Assembly (NCBI RefSeq): GCF_000142905.1
Contig: NW_013657637.1
Coordinates: forward strand, 1-64,000
Reading direction: 5' to 3'
Length of the DNA: 64,000 nucleotides
Source of the DNA: Thecamonas trahens ATCC 50062
Lineage: Eukaryota > Protista > Apusomonadida
Both the position numbers and the translations under genes were made by a program. Below, piece by piece: positions 39,153 through 51,315 of the stretch; the first letter of the stretch is position 1; each line of letters opens with the position of its first letter. The notes below the pieces were generated by a model. The model was not told where the DNA came from and searched no databases. It was given only the letters and a program-made list of their open reading frames with translations.

Positions 39153-41122
39153 TCACTGTGTAGGAAAGAGTGTGTCTGACTCGTCGATGAGCATGCGGGT
39201 GATGGCCACCGCGGTCTGCGACATGGCCATGATGGCGGTCATGTCGGTCGAGTCAAGTCGGACGAGATTCGGGCCAATGACAAGGGCCAGATTCTCTGCG
39301 GGCATGCTGTTGGCAGGCGTCTGAGCGAGTCGGCGCAGAAACGGGACGAGTTGTGCGAGTGTGGAAAAGTGCCGCGCGGAGAACTGGGCGAGGGCGGCCT
39401 CGACAGCCTCGATCCGCTGTGCCGACCCGGCGCCGAGGCCGACGGCGGTGTGGAGGTCGCCGACGAGTGCGCCTGGGATGAGCGGCTCGGCGAGCTCGCG
39501 GAGAAAGAGCTTGAGAACGGCTGCGGCAAGCGCAGCGTCGCGCAGCGGCTCGAACGGGAACGGCCGCCCGCACTCGTAGCAAGCACGGATGAGCTTGATC
39601 TCGCGGGCGTTGGCCGAGACCCGAAAAATGCCCTCGGTGTCGCGATGCTGTGGGGTGTCGAGAAAGGCGATTGCGTCCTCGACGAGCACGGGTGCGGCGG
39701 AGCCCCAAACGTCGTCGGTCATAGCGTCGAGCCGGGCGCCAAAGACACACGACGACGACGCAATGAGCTGATCGAGCGAGAGCGGCGGCGAGCGCGAGCG
39801 GAGCATGCTCCACCCACGACGCTCGCTGCCGCCGCCGGCCATCTTTCCGGCCAGGACCGCCATGGCGTGGACGCGCTCTTCGAGAGCAGCGCGCGCCTCG
39901 CTAGGTGAGAGGCCGACAACATTGAGCGGCAGCAGTAGCGCCAGTTGATCATAGCTCCGCGCCGTCTGCACCTTTTGAAGAACTTGGCCTTGGCCACCGA
40001 TCGCAGAAATGTGAGCGTCGCCCGTGCAAGCCGCGAGGGCTTGAACATGACCACCGCTTTGACGTTCTTGCGCGCCCGATACGGAAAGCGAGCGTACCAC
40101 GCCCGCATGTGCTTAAAGCTGATTTTGGTCGACGTGCTGGCCTCAGAGTCATCGCCTTCAGTCTCACCGCCGTTCGGCAGAATCAGCAGCCGATACGAAG
40201 CGTCAAAGAGTGGCGCTAGAACCGAGATGGAGTGCAGATAAACTGCGTCCGGGTCGCCGACCGTGGCAGCGCGTGCCATGTCAAAGACGCCAAGCGGTGA
40301 TCCGTACACTTCACCCGCCATTGGTGTCTCTGCCGTCGCCATCGTGGCGCCGTCAACGATGCGCACAAACGCGGCGCTGGCGATGGAGGCCACGTCCGCT
40401 GGATCGCGAGCACGCGCGCGTGTCAGGTCTTCCTCAAACGCCGCCTCGCGCGCTTTGGCCTCCTCGGTCAAATCGGCCTCTGACGGCGACGCAAACCCGT
40501 CCTCTACCACCACAAACCCGTCGCTGCCCGAACTCCCGTTGCGGGCCCGCGCCGGTGCAGTGTCTTCTACAGACGGCCCACTCTGCAACGCGTTCGAGCT
40601 GCTGCTGAGCTGGGCAACAACAGCGCGTGCCTCGATCTGGCCGTCAGCGGCAGAACCAGCAGTGGTTGATCGGCTTTCGGCCGCATTGGCGTGAGCATGA
40701 CCGAAGTGAGCAGAGCCAGCGTGAGCAGAGCTAGCCTGAGCAGGGCCAATCCGAGCAGAGTCTGTATGGCCATCTCTAGCGTTGGTTACGCCAACAGTGC
40801 CTCCGCCGCCGGCGCCATCCCCACCCAAGACACTCGTGCCATCACCGCCAGCACCATTCCCGCCATCTCCACCACGATTGGAACGGCCCTCCATCTCATT
40901 GCCCATACCCATGCCCATATCGGTTCCCATGTCCTTGTCAACGCCCATGCTCATACCCATGCCTGCGTCTGTGACTGTGACCTCCGCGTCCATCATCGGC
41001 TCCGACCTGGCCGCCACCGCCGCCGCCGTCGCCGTCACCATGCACTCCTTGCGAACCTCCCCAGCACCTGAACTCAACTCAGCATGGACAATGCAAGCCC
41101 CGTCAACGTCGACCATGCTCAT
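39153..41122 (-). CDS. BCH (CRAL-TRIO_2) + RhoGAP protein (ARHGAP1/8-like); single frameshift near 39975
   Basis: Upstream frame ..RKNVKAVVMFKPS..KAKFFK joins downstream frame KVQTARSYDQL..VFGARL..TEGIFRVSAN..LKLFLREL.EPL..NSMPAENLALVIGPNL if one A is added to TTCAAAAGG. Confidence 0.85.
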
Positions 41123-41826
41123 ATACCCTGTCTATTGGTTGCAATTGGAGGGTGTGGGTGTGAGTCAGGTGTGCGCGTCGGCTGTCGCTTCTCGCCTGTC
41201 GCGCCGACTGACGATTGGTCTTCGATTTGGCCGGACAAAGGCGGGGCGAGGGTATGGCTATTCAAGTATCCATAACTACATGGATACAAGAGATATGACC
41301 GTGGGAATAACGTAGCAAAGAGCTGGAGTATAGCACTCTTGGGATATCTGGGGGGGGACGTTGGAATTGTACGTGATAGGAGTCGGCAACATGACCATCA
41401 TCACTACCTCCTTGCAGGCAGAGAGCCACTAGCACATACACACAGACACGCATACGCACATCACACACGCGTATACGCTCTCACTCTTGATTGAGCCACA
41501 TCGTTACATGCCGCCTCATCATCGTGCGCGTGACAACACAATCATCATCTTCTTCTTCTTCAGCAGCAGCAGCGGCAGTAGCAGCAGCAGCAGCATCGGC
41601 TACATCACGCACGGCGCACCTGCGCCACATTCACGCTGTCGTCGCCATGATCAGCATCGCCATTCCTCTCGCCTATGTGTCTCCATTTACTCAACAACCA
41701 CACATCAGCACCCACCATGATCACACCGATCATTGACTCGATCGCACGCACCGCACCGATTCTTCCATTTGCCTCGGCAGCCGACCACTCGACGTAGTCG
41801 CCCACCCCACAGCCATACCCACTGAC

Positions 41827-43608
41827 ATGGGCCTGATCAACCTCCCGACCGAGCTCCTCCACGCCATTGCCTATCACACTCAGTTACTTACCATTGCGGA
41901 TGTGCTCTCTTTGGCATGTTCCTGCTCATCCATGGCCACAGCGCTCCTTGGCGATGACTTTGGCCGGAGACATCTTCGTCGCCTGGCAGGTCCTGCTGCA
42001 TGTGCCCGCGCGAAGAAGTGGCGGGCAGCGCTGGATGCCTTGACAAGACCCCATCGGCTCATCAAGGTCAACGCATCGCTGCTCACTCAGACACTTGCTG
42101 CTGCTATGGTTCACGATGTCGACGCTGGTGTGTGGCAAGATCGTCTCATTGACGCCTGTCTCGCGCATCCCTACTTCCACGTCGGTCACTCGGCCTGCCT
42201 CGTCCTCCGCAGGGCCGCCACACTCGGCAATGTCAGGGTCGTTGCCGCCGTGGCCGGTCATCCGGCTGCTGATCTGCGCAAGTGCCGCTCGCAGGCCATC
42301 TACGGTGCTGTCGACAACGGTCATGTCGATGTCGTCGCCCTCTTTCCGCACTTTCGAGGCAACGCCTTCCATCCGTTTCCGGTTCACCTCATCGCGCGCG
42401 CCATCAGCAAGGGCATTGCCCCGATGGTTCACAAGCTTACCAGCATGGCCTCGCGACACCAGCTTGACAGCGTCCGACTTGTTGTGAAAAGCTCTCTGCT
42501 GGGCGCGCCGCGCATGGCGTTCGTCCAAGGCGCTATTGACATTGCGCCTGACGCCATCCGGGCCGTCTTTGAGCACGTCCCCACCGCCACCATCGACGCT
42601 GCACTTCCCATGCTCTGCCTCCCTGCCCTGCTCCAAGCCGATGCTGCAGCCATCATGGCTCGTGTTGCTCCGCACCATGCAGCTGTCTTTGCCGCCGCAA
42701 CATCCGGCAATCTTCCGGCCTTGAGGTGTGCGCTCGACAACGCAAGCGAGGTTACATGCCCGGACCTCCTTGACACCGCCCTGAGCCTGGCCATGGCATG
42801 CGGCCATGTAGAGGCGATGGACATGATTGCGGATGTCCTCCCGATGCCTCTGCTGAACATCATTCCCCAGGCGTTGCTCATCGCTGTCGGGCGCAGCCAT
42901 CTGCGCACCATCGAGCGCTTGGCCGACATCGCTCGACCCGTCTTTACCACCTCTGTCACGGCATCCCTATTCCAGGCAGCTGTGGCCCTCGGCTACATCG
43001 AATGCGTTGACTTTTTGATTCAACGTATGGATGCTTGGCACCCGAACAGGTGTTACTCGCACGGGACGCTCGTCGCAGCCGCTATCCGATCTGGCTCGGT
43101 CGCCACCTTTGAGCGCGTCTCCAACTTGCCTGACTTCAATACCACCGCTGTCATGCGGGCTGGGCGGGATATGTTCTCGATACTCGTTCGCACAGACGGA
43201 TATGATATGCTCAATGCGATTGCCGACTTTGCTGCCCGCAACGCCTCGCTTGCCGAGCACACCAACTTCTTCTTCTTCTCCATGACCGTCGCCATGTCCT
43301 TTGCCGATTGCGTCGATCGTGGACACGCGCCCGACCTTGCCGCCGTTCTCTCCCGTGCCGCCATCCCGCGTACCGTCTTTACTCGCCTCCTAGCCTCTTT
43401 GTTTATCACCGATGTCCAAGCAGCCGCCATCCATGCCGTCCTTGCTCTCTACGACGCCAACAAGCCAAACCTCGACGCCCCCCCGGGCGCCTCATCACCA
43501 CCGGGCGCATCGACATCAACGACTTCTCGACCCATCCAAAAGTCCCGCAAACGCAACAAGCGCAAGCGCGGTCAAGCTCAAGACTCGCCAGAAGTAACGC
43601 AGTGGTGA
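41827..43608 (+). CDS. F-box + ankyrin-repeat protein
   Basis: LINLPTELLHAIA..DVLSLACSC (F-box); AATLGNVRVV, AVDNGHVDVV, AMACGHVEAM (ankyrin-like); basic tail. Confidence 0.8.
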   Translation: MGLINLPTELLHAIAYHTQLLTIADVLSLACSCSSMATALLGDDFGRRHLRRLAGPAACARAKKWRAALDALTRPHRLIKVNASLLTQTLAAAMVHDVDAGVWQDRLIDACLAHPYFHVGHSACLVLRRAATLGNVRVVAAVAGHPAADLRKCRSQAIYGAVDNGHVDVVALFPHFRGNAFHPFPVHLIARAISKGIAPMVHKLTSMASRHQLDSVRLVVKSSLLGAPRMAFVQGAIDIAPDAIRAVFEHVPTATIDAALPMLCLPALLQADAAAIMARVAPHHAAVFAAATSGNLPALRCALDNASEVTCPDLLDTALSLAMACGHVEAMDMIADVLPMPLLNIIPQALLIAVGRSHLRTIERLADIARPVFTTSVTASLFQAAVALGYIECVDFLIQRMDAWHPNRCYSHGTLVAAAIRSGSVATFERVSNLPDFNTTAVMRAGRDMFSILVRTDGYDMLNAIADFAARNASLAEHTNFFFFSMTVAMSFADCVDRGHAPDLAAVLSRAAIPRTVFTRLLASLFITDVQAAAIHAVLALYDANKPNLDAPPGASSPPGASTSTTSRPIQKSRKRNKRKRGQAQDSPEVTQW

Positions 43609-43875
43609 CAACCATCAGCCTCGATCCAGCTCGGACTACCGTCTGCCAACTGCAACGCGCAGAGCACTGACTGGTACAGCCCTCATCGTCACCATCAACG
43701 TCAACAGCACCATCATCACACGTCCGCTGGATGCGATGTCCCCTCCTTGGCTTCATCATGTTGTGCTGTGCTGAGCACGTGCCCGGCAGAGCTGCAATTG
43801 CGAGCTGCCAACCGTGGCAACCACGCGGTGACCACTCCACCTCCCCCACCAACGCACAGCGCCATCCCCACCAAC

Positions 43876-46552
43876 ATGAACAGGAGCAAGAAAGTCACCC
43901 AACCTCATCTAGTCATCCTTACTATTGCCCTTGTCCTCTCATGTGGCCTCTGTGACGAACCGGTCGAGCTCTATCTCCCTTGCTCAACCGCCGCGGCTCC
44001 GGCTATGCCTTTTCCCCGCTTTTCGCTTCCGCTAGTCTCCAACGACGGCGGTTCCTTATCACCTTTGTGCCTCGCGGGCGATCCGTCAAAATTTTATGCG
44101 TATTGTGGCTGGCAACCAACGCCGGTTTTCTCGGCACACTCGTTCGTCAATGCCTCCTCTCCACCAGCAGTACTAGCAGGTCCTGAACTCTTGCCCAAAG
44201 CAGACACCGTTGGCCCGTTTCTCACTGCTCATCTCAATGCGGATCCATGGATCGATCTCGTTGTGGCAGTGTCGGGCCAAGACACGAACGAGTTGGGCTG
44301 CTCCTTGTGGTGGTTGGCGGGCACCGACGATCCGCTCTCCTTTGCTGCGCCTGCGAGGCTCACTCTTGATACCCCGCCGTATCCTATCAGTTGCAATCGC
44401 GCCACCCGGCCTTCGCTTCTGCGCATGCCGTCGCCGGACGGGGGAAACTTTCCGCTCACTATGATATCCACCTTCACCACCCTCGACCAGTCTGTCTCGC
44501 TCAACGCCATCACGCTCGACGGGCCGATGCCGACAACGCCCAAGCTGCGAGTCCTCGACACCGTCCCCGACTCTTTCGGATTTAACGCCCTTGTTGCCGC
44601 CATCGCGCCCAACATTGTCGCCTTCGCTCCGCTCAACACGATCCGTCTCGTCTCACTCGCTCTCCCGCCGGCCTTTCCGCCGACGGTCTTGCCGCTGCCG
44701 AGCGAGCGTATTGCCAACGATTCCCAGCTCGTCGCGCTCACCTCGGCCGACGTCAACAACGATGGAATCATTGACCTCATCCTCAGCTGCAAGACTGTAT
44801 CTGCCGCCCATGCGTCCGTTGTTGTCGCTATCGCCAAGCTTGGAGCCCCTCTTTCGTGGCGCTTTGCCGTTGTCAGCAGCCCTGTCACTCCAGTCTCGAT
44901 AGCCGTCTGGCGGAGCCCCACATCTACCGAGCCATCTGCATCGCTCGTCTGGCTCTCCGCTATCCAGCCTGGTGTTGATAACTTCAACTTTGAGCTCTTT
45001 GCCATGCGCTTTGATCCAACAACCATGACACCTTCGGCCCTCACCGAGCTCTCGCCACTCGACGACGCGGGAGAGGCCACCAGCGCTGCGCTTGTTGTCT
45101 CGCCCTCGACCGACCCAGGTGCCTTTGGCTCTATCATTGTTGCGCGCGTCGTGGTCGAATCAGCTACTTCGGCAAGTAGCGGTGCCTCGTATCTCGTTGC
45201 CCCGCCTGCCTCCCCGCTGCCCGCAGACTCTCCGCATTTGACTCCCTCCCTCCCATCACCTCGTACTCGCACGCCTCCCGCGCCGCCGCAATTGCTGGCC
45301 TTGTCAACTCAGACACCGAGCCCGACATCGTCATTATTGACACCCATCATCAAGTCATCACCTTGATCAACAACATCCAGAGCGGCGTGCAAGCCAGCCA
45401 GTTCCAGCCCATTCTGGGCCCCACCCTCTCCGAGGACCTTGATTTCGGCACGGGTGCCATCCACATCTCGCTGGCAGACGCAGATGGCGACGGCTCCCAG
45501 GACCTCATGCTTACTTGTCTTTCATCGCCTACCTCCACTGGCATCTGGTACCTGCCTAACGCAGGTGGTGGTCAGTGGAACCCACTTGTTAGCCTCGCAA
45601 CGCTGCCGTTTACCATCATCAACGTTGTTCCCGTCTCCATTCGATCCGCCCTCGCCATCGAGTACATCGTGGCCTTGGACGAGACCAACAACGTCAACTC
45701 GCTTGTTTTTGTCTATCAGATCCAGGCCGGCTCGCCCGTCTTTGCCCACTGCTTCCTCCCGCCGGCACTCAACACAACATCTGAGCTCATTGCTCCGCTC
45801 CGTCCTCGTCACTCGCCGCTACCCTCGGACTCGGGCATCGTCATCGCCGCGCACTTGGGGTCATCCTCTTATCCTCTCTTCTGGGTCACGCTGGACCAGC
45901 TCGGCCATGAGTGCAAATGGAGTAGTACCACGCTGACTGTGCTGCCTGGTCGACCTAGTGCTCTCGTTGCTGGTCCTATCGGGCCTGGTGCGACAGGCGA
46001 TGACGTCGTCAGCATCATCAATGCCGATAACCATCCCATGCGCGCCACCAGTACGGTCTTCTCGCTCGCCATCATTCGTACCTCGGTCTCGACAACCAAC
46101 CCGCCAACCCAAGTTACTCCCATCCTTGCCATGGACACCGCGTGCGCCATCATCGCTGGCTTGTTATCATGTCGGTCTTTGGAGGGCCCGGCAACGATGT
46201 CGTTCTCGTCTGCGGAGCGCATCTGGTGGTATGGCAGGCTGTCGAGCCGGGAATGCTGGCGCCGGCGCCGCAGCGGATTGCCATCAGCGCCGCTTCTGAC
46301 AACGGTGAGACCTTGATCTCGCTCGTTGATCTGGACGGGAACGGCTTTCTGGACATCGTTCGTCTCGCTTCAAACGGCTTGCTGCTCTCGCTACAGCTGC
46401 CGAATCCGTGGCTGGACAACCCATTTGCCGAGCGCATTGTTCCGCTCCCACCGGCCAACTTCGCCTGCACACAGCCGGGCTCGCTCGCCTGTCTCGCCAC
46501 CGCCCTCTCGCACGTCTCCAACTGCAGGTCTGACACCGTGGCTCGTTGGTAG
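43876..46552 (+). pseudogene. 5' part of an FG-GAP/VCBS-repeat secreted/receptor gene; two frameshifts (~45225, ~46140) and truncated
   Basis: Signal peptide; FG-GAP loops HLNADPWIDLVV, DVNNDGIIDLIL, GLVNSDTEPDIVI (alternate frame), DADGDGSQDLML, DLDGNGFLDIV spread across three frames; stop at 46550-46552. Confidence 0.75.
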
Positions 46553-47415
46553 TTTCCCACTGATCGCTCCGAGGTGCGACTGGAGCATGTCCTTGCGCAG
46601 CGACGATTTGCTGCCGCCGCAGCAGGCGACGGCGCTGACGGTGGACGAGCCGGAGGACGCGGCGCTCGAGGTGTGGGCGCGGCTCGAGACGCCGACGCAG
46701 CAGCTGCCGTTCCTCTGGTACCCGCACGCCGACGCGCCGCGGCGGTACAAGGGCGCCGACGTCGAGCCGCCGGGCAAGAAGCCGCTCGCCGTGTGGGAGG
46801 TGGCCGATGACGAGGAGGGGGGGGCGCGGCTGCTGCTGTTCGGGACGACGGACAAGATCAAGCGCGGGACGGGACAGCCCGGAGTCCGGCTCGTGCCCGT
46901 GCCGGCGATGCAACGAGCTGACGAGCGCACAGCTGGTGGACATCTGCAACGCGGCGTTGTGGTCGCGGGCCGAGTTTATGGCTGTTGGGGGGTAGCTGCG
47001 GCGCGGTGTGCGGTGCGGCGCCGGCGATGTGCGCGTCAACATGCTGCGGCGGGTGCAGACGACGCTGCTGCTCGTCGAGCTCGCGCGCGCGCCGCCGTGC
47101 TCGTTGTTTGGCTTACACATGCATCGGCGTGGAGTGGACGCGCAGGCGAATGTGGCGCTCGGACACGGTCGACTCGCACACGGTGTTCAACTACATGCTG
47201 TGGTGTAGCGACGTGGTCGACGTGGCGGGAGGGGTGGAGGGCGAGGCTGAGGGTGGTGTGGCGCGAGTTGTGGACCACGTGGTGAACGACAGTACGCAGC
47301 GTCTCGCCGTCCAGCTCGAGCAGTTGTTGCGGATCTCGGACGCTCAGCCGGAGGAGTTGATGGCGGCGTTGTGCACTCGACCACGTCGTCGGCACATTGA
47401 CAGGTCAAGGCGAGT

Positions 47416-48431
47416 TCAACACATACTGCTCCAGCTCGAGCTCGGCGAGACGGGCACGCTCTCTGGTGACGCGAGCACGCTTGTCACTCGCCACCGCGGC
47501 TGCTTCGGCAGCACGGGCCTCGTCCTCGGCGGCGGCCATCGGAGTGCTTCGGCGGCAAGGCGGAGAGCGTGGAGCCGGGGGTGGGTGGAGGCACGCGTGG
47601 TGAGCTCTGAAGCGGCGGCAGCAGACAACACGCCTGCAGCGACCTCTGTGTGCTCGAGACGCGTCGGCGAGAGTGGCTGGAGCCGCTTTTGCACCGGCGC
47701 ACCAACGCCGACGGCGGCGGCGTCAAGCTTGCGCTTGCGTGTGCGAGTGGTCGTGGGCTTGGGGGTGAGCGAACGCTTCCTCCAGTACGCCAGCCACTCG
47801 TGGCCGGCGCGCTCCTCGGCGTACGTCGGCGGCGCGTCAAAGGCCGGGAGCGAGAGAGAGCGCACGGGCGACGACGAGTCGTGAGCCTCGGACCCGTGGC
47901 TCGCGCCAAACAAAGCGGGCTCGGCAGTAAACTTGCGCTTGAAGACCCGCCATTTTTGCATGTACCGCGTCCAGGTGGCGAGCGTCCGGGCCATCGTCTC
48001 GCTGTCAGCTCTGGCGCAAAGAAGCCGGGAGGGGAGGACTTGGAGAGGGCCGAGCTCATGCGTTCGAGCCGCAGCTTGAAGAGCGCGAGCGCAGCGTCAA
48101 CCACGAGACCCTGGGTGCGCGGCATGGTGTCATACCAGCAGTGCTCGCGCGCGAGGACGCGGACGGCTGCGGCCGGCGACGAGGCGGTCGGCACGCCGGC
48201 CTCCACCTCGAGGGCGAGGGGCGCGTCGGCGCCGGCCGGCCCGCCGCTGCTCCCCGCAGCAACGGCCAGGCACGAGGCCATGAGGGGGAGGAGGAACTCG
48301 ACCAGGTAGCCGGCGTGCTTGTTCGCTCCGGGCCGGGGCTGGGTCGAGGACGAGGAGGTGGAGGCCGTCGAGGACGGCGGGGTGGCGGACGAGGTGGGAG
48401 GCGAGGACGCGGGCTGCGAGCCTGTCCGCAT
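47416..48431 (-). pseudogene. Frameshifted hypothetical gene (two overlapping frames joined near 47995)
   Basis: MRTGSQ..EFLLPLMASCL..EHCWYDTM..PPGFFAPEL continues plausibly into MARTLATWTRYMQKWRVFKRKF..RKRK in another frame; no family recognised. Confidence 0.4.
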
Positions 48432-48816
48432 GGCGGGCGGTGCGAGCCGAGTGGGGGTGAAGGGGCGGCGGGCGAGGAGGTGCGTGGGCGCGGGGAGGGA
48501 CGCTGAGCCTTGGACGACGGACGACGGCGAGCTGTGTTGGGCGAGCGAGATGGGGGCTGGCTGTTGGGCGGCACCCGCACCCGCGTGAGGCCGACGCGAC
48601 CGGGCGGCCCCCGCCATTCGCGGGTGTGGGGCGAGGAAACAAGGAGGTGATGCAATATCGGACAAGTTTATCCGCTTGAACGCACAGCCTCCACCTGATC
48701 CCATTGAGGACCGACCAATAGAGGTGCCGAGGCGTGCGCGCCGCACCAAGCTCCCTGCCGGCCGCCGTGGAGCGGTGACGACTCGTGTGTCAAAACCTTG
48801 TTGAGCAACTGGGGGC

Positions 48817-50514
48817 TCAGCCGGTTCTCTTTCGCTTGCGTGGCGGAATCGACGGCCCAGAGGATGGGCCAGCCTCCGGCGAGCTGGCCACCTCGTCCAA
48901 CGAAGCACTGGACGACGAAGCACTGGACGAGGTACCGCCGCCAGACAAGAGTTCCGCACTGACCTCGTGAGGCGACACAGAATCGGAGTCGCTGCCAGAT
49001 GACGCGTCGGCAGGCGCTAGTGGTTGAAAGAAATGCGGAATGGAGCACTGCCTAGCCGTAGACTCACCGGCCCGCGTCATGACGTCTTCGAAAGTGTGCG
49101 ACGACTGCCTTGCAAGTCGCCGCAAATTGACCACCAGACGCTTCTTCTTCTTACTTGTCTTGACACACGGGGCGCAGTGCAGCTCTTGAAGGCGGCAATA
49201 CCTCAACTTTGCGGACTGCTGCTTGATGGCCCGCACCAGCGACATCACCTCCTTATTGCAGGCCTCCAACTCTGCTGCTGCAACTTCACCTTTGAGGCGG
49301 GCAACTTCACCTTTGAGGCGGGCCACCTCAGCCTCAGCATCCTCCGTGGTGGCCTTCGACAAATTGACCTCAGCTTGGGCCAACTCCACCTTCAGTTCCT
49401 CCACGAGCTTGTCCTCGATCTTCGACATGACACGAAAGGCATCACCCAGTGCTGTTGAGTATGCGTTGTAAATCGCGAGAGAGAACGGGTAGTACTGCGA
49501 GGGATCATTACCGAGGTGCGCATCGAGCGAGGCCCGGCTCTTGCGGTACGCAAGGTACCGCGCGGGCTGGTACTTCCTCCAAAATGCGTCAAGCTCTGCC
49601 CGACGATTTTGCTCAGCGTCGGAGAGTGTGACGGCGCCACCAGCGACCATCTTCACCACAGACTCGACAATCCTCGACAGATCGCCGAGATCGGTAGTCC
49701 TCGTCTTCACCGCGTCGCGCACATCCTGCTTCCCACACGAAGAGGCCACACCCTTCCGCATGTGGTCGAGCAACGACATGGTGGCGAAGATCGCACAGGT
49801 GCGCGTCAGCTTAGCGACGTCCTTCGTGGCGGCGCCCGCGTTCAAAGCCCCGGCCACTGAAGGTACGAACGTCATCATGAGATCATCGATGGCCTCGAGG
49901 ACGTCGGTGTACTCGCCGGCCACCACAGCGCTCACCCTCACGTGGCAGCTCTCGATGGCAGCCTTGACAGCGGAGCGGTCACCAGAGTGCGAATCCAGGG
50001 CGTTACACAGCAACGTGCGAACAGCCTTCTCGTCGTCGTCGCTGCGGGCCCCAATCGGCTTCGTCAACAGGGCCACACTGTCCTCAGGCACAGACGAGTT
50101 AAACGAGCCGGTGAACCAGAAAATCCAATCGACCGTCTCCCGCTTGAGAGGAATCGACTGGAGGAACTTGCCAAGCTCGATGAAGAAGTCCGACGTCCGG
50201 GAGAGACCCACGGACTTCGATTTCTCCGAGACGTAGTGCTTCACTTGCGTGAGAGCAGGGAGCTTTCCCTCTACATGCAGTACAACGTCCTCACGCCCTT
50301 CGATGGTGATCGCCGCGGCCTGGGGTGAGGGGTCCGCAACAGCAGCTTGAACAAGTTGGAGGCCAGCGCAGGCCGCCTGGTACTCATACCCCGTCGCAGA
50401 AACGTGTGCCATGCGATCGTTGAGCGAGACGCCCCCGTTAGATACGGCCAGGATAGAAGAAACGCAGTCAGCCTCGAACTCGCCAGCGGTTCGCGACGTG
50501 CTCCGCGCAGACAT
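48817..50514 (-). CDS. Cap4/DUF4297-like PD-(D/E)xK endonuclease domain + coiled coil + basic NLS-like tail
   Basis: Intact, intronless 565 aa; SATGYEYQ...ITIEGREDVVL...LTQVKHY motif; EVARLKG tandem repeat; ends PPRKRKRTG. Confidence 0.72.
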   Translation of the reverse strand: MSARSTSRTAGEFEADCVSSILAVSNGGVSLNDRMAHVSATGYEYQAACAGLQLVQAAVADPSPQAAAITIEGREDVVLHVEGKLPALTQVKHYVSEKSKSVGLSRTSDFFIELGKFLQSIPLKRETVDWIFWFTGSFNSSVPEDSVALLTKPIGARSDDDEKAVRTLLCNALDSHSGDRSAVKAAIESCHVRVSAVVAGEYTDVLEAIDDLMMTFVPSVAGALNAGAATKDVAKLTRTCAIFATMSLLDHMRKGVASSCGKQDVRDAVKTRTTDLGDLSRIVESVVKMVAGGAVTLSDAEQNRRAELDAFWRKYQPARYLAYRKSRASLDAHLGNDPSQYYPFSLAIYNAYSTALGDAFRVMSKIEDKLVEELKVELAQAEVNLSKATTEDAEAEVARLKGEVARLKGEVAAAELEACNKEVMSLVRAIKQQSAKLRYCRLQELHCAPCVKTSKKKKRLVVNLRRLARQSSHTFEDVMTRAGESTARQCSIPHFFQPLAPADASSGSDSDSVSPHEVSAELLSGGGTSSSASSSSASLDEVASSPEAGPSSGPSIPPRKRKRTG

Positions 50515-50820
50515 GACGTGCTGGTGGAAGTGAAGTGCCGGGGACGGGGTGGTGTCCGTTGCAATAGAGCGAAAGGGTGGTCGTTGTTCAGGCGGTCACG
50601 ACACCATCCTTGACATGCAACCAACCCACGCATGGCGGAGTTCTGGAGAAATAGTCGCCGACATCAAAACTCGCCCACGTGCGGCACCCCTCCACTAGGT
50701 CCAGCCGGCACCACTCTCTCCCTACCTGTATGTTTCCTTCTCCTCGGCCCCATCCTGTCCGGTGCGTTCGTGCTCAAGCGACTCATGCGATACTTGCCGA
50801 TTCAGAGCGCACTTGCCAGA

Positions 50821-51276
50821 ATGTCTGTGGAGTCGGACTCGCTCAGCTACGACCTTGCTCCCGGTGATGAAGACGCGCCCATTGACCTTCAATCGGAGGT
50901 GGAGAACATGTTTGACGAGGACATGGAGGCCGAGCAAGTGTTGGCCAAACTCATGAGGCGCCACAACCGGTACTCGCAGAGCTTTGCAAACAAGGTGGTG
51001 CGTGAGACGAACAGGCACAACTTCCTGCACAGCTGCCTCACGTGTTCGCACATGTTCGACTCGTGGCGCCAGCTGAAACAGCATTTGATCCGCGAGAAAC
51101 ACATCAAGTCAGGCAAGACCCACAAAGCTCAGCAACGGCAAGAGCTCGAAGAGCTCGACAATCGTGTCCGGGACAAGGATCCTGACGACTACTCGCCTGC
51201 CGAGTTGCGCACTATGGTGCGTGTCCGTCTTCGCTCCGCGTATCGTGAGCGCTTGAACCCGCGCCGTAAACGATAG
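50821..51276 (+). CDS. Small C2H2 zinc-finger protein
   Basis: CLTCSHMFDSWRQLKQHLIREKH; acidic N-terminus; ends PRRKR; start could be upstream (50632 or 50785). Confidence 0.7.
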   Translation: MSVESDSLSYDLAPGDEDAPIDLQSEVENMFDEDMEAEQVLAKLMRRHNRYSQSFANKVVRETNRHNFLHSCLTCSHMFDSWRQLKQHLIREKHIKSGKTHKAQQRQELEELDNRVRDKDPDDYSPAELRTMVRVRLRSAYRERLNPRRKR

Positions 51277-51315
51277 CTATCACCTGACTGGCTTGGACGA
51301 GACAGTGCGACGGGC

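Noticed and set aside
46588-47400. Coding-like fragments at the island's left end
   Set aside because: Multiple frame switches and no recognisable family; included only as part of the island.
48788-50615. TGTCAA...TTGACA as terminal inverted repeats around the Cap4-like gene
   Set aside because: Only 6 bp and no matching target-site duplication; expected by chance.
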